Origin: Polyangiaceae bacterium
Lineage (GTDB): Bacteria; Myxococcota_A; Polyangia; Polyangiales; Polyangiaceae
Direction: 5' to 3'
DNA length: 32,000 bases
Assembly (NCBI GenBank): GCA_050300635.1
Contig: JBNKYC010000014.1
Span: 194,175-226,174, forward strand
Position numbers and translations under genes: made by a program. The notes beneath the pieces were generated by a model. That model did not search any database, was not told the DNA's origin, and saw only the letters and a list, made by a program, of their open reading frames with translations. Shown in pieces: positions 8,170 through 11,754 of this stretch; position 1 is the stretch's first letter, and each line of letters begins with the position of its first letter.

Positions 8170-8241
8170 ATGAGGTGACAGGAATTGAACCCGCATCGCC
8201 GGGTTCAAAGCCCAGGGTCTTGACCGTTAGACGACACCTCA
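8170..8241 (-). tRNA. tRNA-Gln(UUG)
   Basis: Perfect acceptor TGAGGTG/CACCTCA, D arm GTCT-AACGGTCA-AGAC, anticodon arm CTGGG-CTTTGAA-CCCGG, T arm GCGGG-TTCAATT-CCTGT. Confidence 0.8.
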
Positions 8242-8394
8242 GAAGTTTTCTTCGCTGCGCAGGCAGCGACGCGCTCAGCACCGCCGACGAGCAAGCCCCA
8301 TTGCGAGTCGCCGGAGCGCCCGCGGAGTTGGGGGGAGGCTCACGCAGCGCTCTGCGCAGAGTGAGGGGGGCTGCATCAGCCCCCGATGAAACAG

Positions 8395-8463
8395 TCGCGA
8401 CGGAAGTATTCGAAACTTCATGCGAGCCCGTATGAAAGGCTGCTCCGACCCTCGGTCGCCGCG
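8395..8463 (-). tRNA. tRNA-Met(CAU), short (69 nt) with a reduced D arm
   Basis: Acceptor CGCGGCG/CGTCGCG, anticodon arm AGCCT-TTCATAC-GGGCT, T arm GAAGT-TTCGAAT-ACTTC. The D region is only CCGA-GGG-TCGG plus a 3-nt connector. A competing 10-bp hairpin lies at 8447-8477. Confidence 0.5.
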
Positions 8464-8540
8464 GTTGCGAGGGTCGGTAATGCTCCGATCTGATCTCCGG
8501 GCCATGAACCCGACGAGCCACTTTTGCTCCATCCTCGCGG

Positions 8541-8613
8541 CGTTTCGGCCAGGACTCGAACCTGAATTTCAGCCTTCGCAGGGCTGCGTCCTGTCCAGTT
8601 GGACGACCAGAAC
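8541..8613 (-). tRNA. tRNA-Arg(GCG)
   Basis: D arm GTCC-AACTGGACA-GGAC, anticodon arm CAGCC-CTGCGAA-GGCTG, T arm TCAGG-TTCGAGT-CCTGG. The acceptor has one mismatch. Confidence 0.75.
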
Positions 8614-8618
8614 AATCG

Positions 8619-8691
8619 CGTTCTCGGCAGGAGTCGAACCTGCACCCATCCGCTTAGAAGGCGGCTGCCCGTCCAATCGAGCCTCGAGAAC
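8619..8691 (-). tRNA. tRNA-Arg(UCU)
   Basis: Perfect acceptor GTTCTCG/CGAGAAC, anticodon loop CTTCTAA, T arm GCAGG-TTCGACT-CCTGC. Confidence 0.8.
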
Positions 8692-8818
8692 TTGTCTTTT
8701 CAGGAGGGCAGAGGCCCTCCTCGTCGTCGGGAGTGAATCCCGACTCCTCACCTCCACCCCTGCGACGTGCGCTCCGGCACCTCCCACTTGGTCGGTGGCG
8801 GTGCTGGCGCTCTCATCA
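8692..8818 (-). repeat. Copy 2 of the ~125-bp repeated element (its end abuts the 5' end of tRNA-Arg(UCU))
   Basis: It aligns with 7433-7560. The internal hairpin is TCGGGA-TTCAC-TCCCGA, with changes at the stem ends that extend the pairing relative to copy 1. Confidence 0.7.
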
Positions 8819-8932
8819 TCGCTTCGCGGTGCTTCGTCCTGGCGGGCGCCGGGCATAAGGGCAGGCCGCAGAACCCGTGAGGGTTCGAGGACCTCGACAA
8901 AAGTTACGGCACGCAGCACACCCGTGGAGGAG

Positions 8933-8983
8933 AGCCGAAGAGGTTTCGCCCTCACTTGTGATGGGGCGGAAACTCGTAGGCCT
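8933..8983 (-). repeat. Copy A of a ~50-nt conserved motif
   Basis: GCCGAAGAGGTTTCGCCCTCACTTGTGATGGGGCGGAAACTCGTAGGCC, compared with 10740-10789. Confidence 0.6.
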
Positions 8984-9058
8984 CCCCCACGGGCAAGCAG
9001 AGTGAAGCGCCATCGTGCACAGTTCGTCGATAAAGGCCGACGGACACGCTGCGCTCGG

Positions 9059-9126
9059 AGATCCGAGTGAGAGTCAAACTCACCCTCGCTGCTTTGCAAC
9101 CAGCGTCGTCCTCGGGACATCGGATC
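9059..9126 (-). tRNA. Short (68 nt) tRNA with a GCA-containing anticodon loop (Cys-like; identity ambiguous)
   Basis: Perfect acceptor GATCCGA/TCGGATC, D region GTCC-CGA-GGAC, anticodon stem CGCTG/CAGCG with the 9-nt loop GTTGCAAAG, a 3-nt variable region, and T arm GTGAG-TTTGACT-CTCAC. Confidence 0.45.
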
Positions 9127-9131
9127 ATTCG

Positions 9132-9203
9132 TACAAGTGGAGGGAATCGAACCCCCGTATCCTGGGTGGAAGCCAGGCATCTTGGCCGCTGGATCACACT
9201 TGC
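9132..9203 (-). tRNA. tRNA-Gly(UCC)
   Basis: Acceptor GCAAGTG/CACTTGT, anticodon arm CCTGG-CTTCCAC-CCAGG, T arm GGGGG-TTCGATT-CCCTC. Confidence 0.75.
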
Positions 9204-9204
9204 T

Positions 9205-9280
9205 TGGAGCCTCTATCGGGATTCAAACCCGAGTCTCTGCCTTACCGGGGCAGCGTTCTGCTCGACTGAACTATGGAGGC
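9205..9280 (-). tRNA. tRNA-Thr(GGU), CCA encoded, C at position 33
   Basis: D arm GTTC-AGTCGAGCA-GAAC, anticodon arm CTGCC-CCGGTAA-GGCAG, T arm TCGGG-TTTGAAT-CCCGA, 3' end TAGAGGC-T-CCA. Confidence 0.7.
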
Positions 9281-9284
9281 ACGG

Positions 9285-9351
9285 AGCCTTATCCCGGAAT
9301 CGAACCGAGTCAGATTGAGTACGAAACAATCCACTTTCCAAAAGCTAAGAC
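9285..9351 (-). tRNA. tRNA-Thr(CGU), short (67 nt) with a reduced D arm
   Basis: Anticodon arm ATTGT-TTCGTAC-TCAAT with a U-U closing pair, T arm CTCGG-TTCGATT-CCGGG, D region CTTT-TGG-AAAG plus TGG. The acceptor pairs at 6 of 7 positions. Confidence 0.5.
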
Positions 9352-9360
9352 AGCACTTTG

Positions 9361-9433
9361 TACACGCTCCCAGATTCGAACTGGGACCTCTCGGGTCTGA
9401 GCCGAGCGCCTCTGCCAGTTGGGCTAAGCGTGC
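9361..9433 (-). tRNA. tRNA with Leu anticodon CAG but a type I (4-nt variable loop) body
   Basis: It folds as GCACGCT TA GCCC AACTGGCAG AGGC G CTCGG-CTCAGAC-CCGAG AGGT CCCAG-TTCGAAT-CTGGG AGCGTGT A. The 5' half is a close paralogue of the Leu(UAA) gene. Confidence 0.65.
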
Positions 9434-9435
9434 AT

Positions 9436-9507
9436 TGGTGGAGCCGTCGGGAATCCAACCCGCAAGCTCTCTGTGCAAGAGAGAGCCGTAGCGCACTACA
9501 CAACCCC
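9436..9507 (-). tRNA. tRNA-Cys(GCA), compact, CCA encoded
   Basis: Anticodon arm CTCTC-TTGCACA-GAGAG. The acceptor GGGGTTG/CGGCTCC has three G-U pairs. D region GTAG-TGCG-CTAC, 3-nt variable region, T loop TTGGATT. Confidence 0.55.
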
Positions 9508-9512
9508 ATCAG

Positions 9513-9578
9513 CAGACCCACAAGGAATCGAACCCTGTCGACAACGGATTTGGAGTCCGTCCGGCGGCCGTCCGATCC
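9513..9578 (-). tRNA. tRNA-Trp(CCA)-like, very short (66 nt)
   Basis: Anticodon arm ACGGA-CTCCAAA-TCCGT and T arm CAGGG-TTCGATT-CCTTG. Only 11 nt lie between the acceptor and the anticodon stem. The acceptor is weak, with three G-U pairs and one mismatch. Confidence 0.4.
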
Positions 9579-9583
9579 CAATC

Positions 9584-9621
9584 GTGCAATGCGAAACGGA
9601 CGCGAGTCCGTGAAGCTGCAC
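9584..9621. repeat. Left copy of a ~38-nt inverted repeat pair (partner at 11308-11346)
   Basis: The reverse complement GTGCAGCTTCACGGACTCGCGTCCGTTTCGCATTGCAC aligns with GTGCAGCTTCACGGACTAGCGTCCGTTCCGCTTTGTCAC. The first 17 nt are identical. Confidence 0.75.
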
Positions 9622-9636
9622 ATGCGATACTACTGA

Positions 9637-9704
9637 CTAAATAAAGGCGCGTCGCGTGTCCTGCGGTAGCAGGCCCCTTTCAATCGCACCGATCCGCGAC
9701 GCGC
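9637..9704 (-). terminator. Terminator-like structure just after tRNA-His
   Basis: On the minus strand a 10-bp stem GCGCGTCGCG/CGCGACGCGC encloses a CCTGC-TACC-GCAGG hairpin and is followed by CTTTATTT. The 38-nt loop is atypical for a terminator. Confidence 0.35.
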
Positions 9705-9705
9705 G

Positions 9706-9773
9706 GGGTGTTGCTGAGGATCGAACTCAATAACCCGGGTCACAACCGAGTTTGCCCCCAGGGCGACAACACC
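9706..9773 (-). tRNA. tRNA-His(GUG), short (68 nt) with a reduced D arm
   Basis: Perfect acceptor GGTGTTG/CAACACC with C73. Anticodon arm CTCGG-TTGTGAC-CCGGG, T arm TTGAG-TTCGATC-CTCAG, D region GCCC-TGG-GGGC plus AAA, 3-nt variable region. No G-1 is encoded. Confidence 0.55.
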
Positions 9774-9774
9774 A

Positions 9775-9861
9775 TGGCGGAAGCTGGACGAGTCGAACGT
9801 CATTCCTTTCGGAACGCACCGATTAGCAGTCGGGCCAAGCGCCACCGCCTGTTCAGCTTCC
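9775..9861 (-). tRNA. tRNA-Ser(GCU), CCA encoded
   Basis: Perfect acceptor GGAAGCT/AGCTTCC followed by GCCA. Anticodon loop CTGCTAA, variable arm TTCC-GAAA-GGAA, T loop TTCGACT. Confidence 0.7.
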
Positions 9862-9865
9862 GTAG

Positions 9866-9937
9866 TCGGAGACCTGGGGGTCGAACCCAGCAGCACACGG
9901 TCCCAAGCCGCGCGGCACACCCCGTGCCTTGACTCCG
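9866..9937 (-). tRNA. tRNA-Pro(UGG)
   Basis: C1-G72 and A73. Anticodon arm CGCGG-CTTGGGA-CCGTG, T arm CTGGG-TTCGACC-CCCAG, compact D arm GGCAC-GGGGT-GTGCC. Confidence 0.7.
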
Positions 9938-9942
9938 AATAG

Positions 9943-10015
9943 TGGATCCCCTCAGTTTCGAACTGAGCTCTCCTGTTCTTCAGACAGGCGCTTTCACCAG
10001 ATTAGCTTGAGATCC
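9943..10015 (-). tRNA. tRNA-Phe(GAA)
   Basis: It folds as GGATCTC AA GCTA ATCTGGTGA AAGC G CCTGT-CTGAAGA-ACAGG AGAG CTCAG-TTCGAAA-CTGAG GGGATCC A. Confidence 0.8.
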
Positions 10016-10019
10016 GTAG

Positions 10020-10092
10020 TACTCGGGGCCGGGAACGATCCAGCAACCGTCTCCTTGTAAGGGAGCTGCGCTACCAATTGCGCCACCCGAGC
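10020..10092 (-). tRNA. tRNA-Val(UAC) with an unusual T loop
   Basis: D arm GCGC-AATTGGTA-GCGC, anticodon loop CTTACAA, T arm GCTGG-ATCGTTC-CCGGC (A54/U58 in place of U54/A58), acceptor GCTCGGG/CCCGAGT. Confidence 0.7.
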
Positions 10093-10093
10093 T

Positions 10094-10169
10094 TGGCGCT
10101 TCGTACGGGAATCGAACCCGTCTCCAAGTGATCGACAATCACCCTGCCTCCCCAGCGGCATCACGAAGC
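10094..10169 (-). tRNA. tRNA-Asp(GUC), CCA encoded
   Basis: Perfect acceptor GCTTCGT/ACGAAGC followed by GCCA. D arm TGCC-GCTGGGGA-GGCA, anticodon loop TTGTCGA, T arm ACGGG-TTCGATT-CCCGT. Confidence 0.85.
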
Positions 10170-10173
10170 ATTC

Positions 10174-10311
10174 ACGCGCCGTAGGGTCACAGACCCGAAG
10201 GCCCGTAAGAAACATGGCGCGTAGCAATTCTGCCCACCAGACCGGAGTGTTCCGTCCTCACCCTTCCGGGGGGCGGAACACGCAGGTCAATGTGTGGCAA
10301 GCAGAATGCAG
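10174..10311 (-). other. Two stem-closed structured elements between tRNA-Asp and tRNA-Glu (not foldable as tRNAs)
   Basis: At 10174-10222 the ends ACGCGCC/GGCGCGT pair around GGCC-TTCG-GGTC and GGGTC-TGT-GACCC hairpins. At 10223-10311 the ends GCATTCTGC/GCAGAATTGC pair around an 8-bp GTGTTCCG/CGGAACAC hairpin. Confidence 0.3.
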
Positions 10312-10383
10312 CACCCCCTGTCGGTATCGATCCGACTCTTTCAGGTTGAAAACCTGACGACCTAGCCAGTAGTCGAAGGGGGC
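10312..10383 (-). tRNA. tRNA-Glu(UUC) with an unusual T loop
   Basis: It folds as GCCCCCT TC GACT ACTGGCTA GGTC G TCAGG-TTTTCAA-CCTGA AAGA GTCGG-ATCGATA-CCGAC AGGGGGT G. Confidence 0.75.
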
Positions 10384-10392
10384 ATAGTTGAC

Positions 10393-10461
10393 TCGCGTGG
10401 CTACGCGACCCGCCTTCGGCGGGCTCGTCGACCTTCATGGACTCCGTCCACCAAGGTGGAC
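10393..10461. other. Cluster of three GC-rich hairpins, including a tandem GTGGACGGAGTCCAC motif
   Basis: The hairpins are TCGCGT-GGCT-ACGCGA, CCCGCC-TTC-GGCGGG and GTCCAC-CAAG-GTGGAC. The 13-mer GGACTCCGTCCAC occurs twice (10439-10451 and 10458-10470). Confidence 0.5.
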
Positions 10462-10475
10462 TCCGTCCACTACGG

Positions 10476-10556
10476 TTCCGGGGGCAGGAATCGTGGCCGA
10501 GCGAAGCGAGCCCCGCCGAGCGGAGCGAAGGCCACCCGCACACGTCGGGCCCCAGG
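10476..10556 (-). other. tRNA-like element sharing the CTCGGCCACGATTCC motif of the long Leu genes
   Basis: Ends CCTGGGG/CCCCGGA pair at 6 of 7 positions, with a C1-A72 mismatch. It has a CCCG-ACGTGTG-CGGG hairpin and a GCGGG/CCTGC stem around an internal GTGGCC...GGCCAC hairpin. No D arm is present. Confidence 0.25.
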
Positions 10557-10562
10557 AGCTTG

Positions 10563-10634
10563 CTTCGGGGATAGGACTCGAACCTATATGAACTCGCTTA
10601 ACAGGCGAGTGCCTTACCAATCGGCCACCCCGAA
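10563..10634 (-). tRNA. tRNA-Asn(GUU)
   Basis: Perfect acceptor TTCGGGG/CCCCGAA with G73. Anticodon arm CTCGC-CTGTTAA-GCGAG, T arm ATAGG-TTCGAGT-CCTAT. Confidence 0.85.
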
Positions 10635-10739
10635 TCATCGCCACACCCTCCTCGGCTAATTGACTTCCAAGCGGCCGCAGGACCTTCGGGTCCGAGGACC
10701 AAAAGAAACAGTTGGCGGGAAGCACACTCAATCAAGAAG

Positions 10740-10789
10740 GCCGAAGAGTACCGCCCTCACTCTGTGATGGGGCGAGACTCGTAGGCCCG
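10740..10789 (-). repeat. Copy B of the ~50-nt conserved motif
   Basis: GCCGAAGAGTACCGCCCTCACTCTGTGATGGGGCGAGACTCGTAGGCC, compared with 8933-8983. Confidence 0.6.
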
Positions 10790-10891
10790 GATGTGGCGAG
10801 CAAAAAATTGCTGAGTATTCAGTTGTCACGGATCAGGAGGAGCGAATGCTCCTGTGACTTGCGAAACGAAGCGTTTCACCTCGTTTCGCAG

Positions 10892-10963
10892 TGGATCTGG
10901 AGGGACTCGAACCCTCGTCCAACCGGGTAAGAACCGGCGACTCTGCCGCTGAGTTACAGATCC
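10892..10963 (-). tRNA. tRNA-Lys(CUU)
   Basis: Perfect acceptor GGATCTG/CAGATCC, D arm ACTC-AGCGGCA-GAGT, anticodon arm GCCGG-TTCTTAC-CCGGT, T arm GAGGG-TTCGAGT-CCCTC. Confidence 0.85.
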
Positions 10964-10967
10964 AAGG

Positions 10968-11005
10968 CCCGGATGAGGTGCCTCCTTGTGTTCACCTCAT
11001 CCGGG
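10968..11005. other. 13-bp perfect hairpin between the two Lys tRNA genes
   Basis: CCCGGATGAGGTG-12 nt-CACCTCATCCGGG. Confidence 0.7.
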
Positions 11006-11036
11006 GAAACGACACTGGATGTGCCGTGGAATTGAG

Positions 11037-11109
11037 TGGGACCAGGGGGCTTCGAACCCCCACCCCCTCGATTAAAAGTCGAGTGCGCTACCAGTTACGC
11101 CACAGTCCC
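11037..11109 (-). tRNA. tRNA-Lys(UUU)
   Basis: It folds as GGGACTG TG GCGT AACTGGTA GCGC A CTCGA-CTTTTAA-TCGAG GGGGT GGGGG-TTCGAAG-CCCCC TGGTCCC A. Confidence 0.85.
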
Positions 11110-11196
11110 AAGTCCAAGCTTGTGACTGCGTTTCTTCATTCGATACATAGTTCTCTCCTGTTCGCGCTCGAGATCGAGCGCGCAATTCACCCTTCG

Positions 11197-11279
11197 TGGA
11201 GCCCCCGAGATTCGAACTCGGCAAGCGCGCTGCGCAGCGGGGTTACAATCCGCTTGAGGTCCCGAGCCTCATGAGCTCC
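11197..11279 (-). tRNA. tRNA-Tyr(GUA), type II
   Basis: Acceptor GGAGCTC/GGGCTCC with A73. D arm GAGG-CTCGGGA-CCTC, anticodon loop TTGTAAC, variable arm GCGC-AGC-GCGC, T arm CCGAG-TTCGAAT-CTCGG. Confidence 0.75.
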
Positions 11280-11307
11280 ATCCTGACTTCAGTCGATGTT
11301 CTGAAGC

Positions 11308-11346
11308 GTGCAGCTTCACGGACTAGCGTCCGTTCCGCTTTGTCAC
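11308..11346. repeat. Right copy of the ~38-nt inverted repeat pair (partner at 9584-9621)
   Basis: See 9584-9621. It contains the hairpin ACGGAC-TAGC-GTCCGT. Confidence 0.75.
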
Positions 11347-11657
11347 TCCAAATCGCTGAGGGCCGCCTTGGTTTCCCAGGGCGGCCCTTCTGCGACACGA
11401 ATGTCTCAGTGGAATGCCAGCCTAGGTATTCTCTCCCCAGGGAGAGCCCAAATCCGTAGCTAGGATGAAGCCCGTGGGCTGTTCACACGCGGACAGCGCC
11501 AATGCACCAACGAGATCCTTCTCGTTCAGATACGCTGCACCTAAATCAAGCGCAGTAGGCCGAAGCTCTGCTTGCGTACTTCTATGGTTCGTCGGTTTCG
11601 TCATCGAGCTTGTGCTCCTAGTTCGGACACCCTCATTGGCATCACGGCGGGGCACAA

Positions 11658-11673
11658 TGCGAGGGGCGTGCCA
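11658..11673 (-). promoter_or_regulatory. Candidate sigma54 (-24/-12) promoter pointing into the tRNA array
   Basis: The minus strand reads TTGGCACGCCCCTCGCATT, i.e. TGGCAC-N5-TCGCA. It lies between the rtcR stop (11755) and tRNA-Tyr (11279). Confidence 0.5.
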
Positions 11674-11727
11674 ACTCTTCTGAACTGAGCTTTTGCCGAC
11701 AAAACTGAAGTTGCATCGCAGTTCGAC

Positions 11728-11743
11728 ATATCTGTACAGATAT
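11728..11743. promoter_or_regulatory. 16-bp perfect palindrome, candidate enhancer-binding (UAS) site
   Basis: ATATCT-GTAC-AGATAT, centred about 64 bp upstream of the -24 element at 11668-11673. It has the same half-site and spacer length as 13340-13355. Confidence 0.45.
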
Positions 11744-11754
11744 TTTTCTATCTC

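Noticed and set aside
8497-8513. An isolated T-arm-like hairpin (TCGGG-TTCATGG-CCCGG on the minus strand)
   Set aside because: Only 27 nt remain before the next tRNA gene, so no D or anticodon arm can fit. The T loop also lacks A58.
10294-10309. A sigma54-like motif TGGCAAGCAGAATGCA on the plus strand inside the array
   Set aside because: It points antisense to the tRNA genes and lies inside a stem-closed structured element. At this stringency a chance match in 2 x 32 kb is plausible.
7327-11274. Many 70-215-aa ORFs in the track over the array (for example 8072-8521, 8420-9070, 8569-9180, 10187-10543, 10891-11274)
   Set aside because: They overlap each other in several frames, are Arg/Pro/Gly-rich as expected for GC-rich non-coding DNA, and are fully explained by tRNA genes and hairpin spacers.
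6553-11279. Search for a tRNA-Ala (UGC/GGC anticodon loop, G3-U70) to complete the set
   Set aside because: No candidate was found by eye. The 9-nt loop GTTGCAAAG at 9059-9126 contains both TGC and GCA but cannot be assigned. Absence of tRNA-Ala remains unproven without a covariance-model scan.
6540-11300. Regularly spaced ~70-90-bp units that could be mistaken for a CRISPR array or a tandem repeat
   Set aside because: The units are not copies of one repeat. Each folds as a different tRNA with its own anticodon, and there is no conserved repeat/spacer alternation.
11422-11683. Small ORFs (77 aa on the minus strand, 72 aa on the plus strand) between rtcR and the array
   Set aside because: They have no recognisable motifs or ribosome-binding site. 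The minus-strand ORF would start upstream of the predicted sigma54 transcription start. The region is better explained as a promoter and leader.
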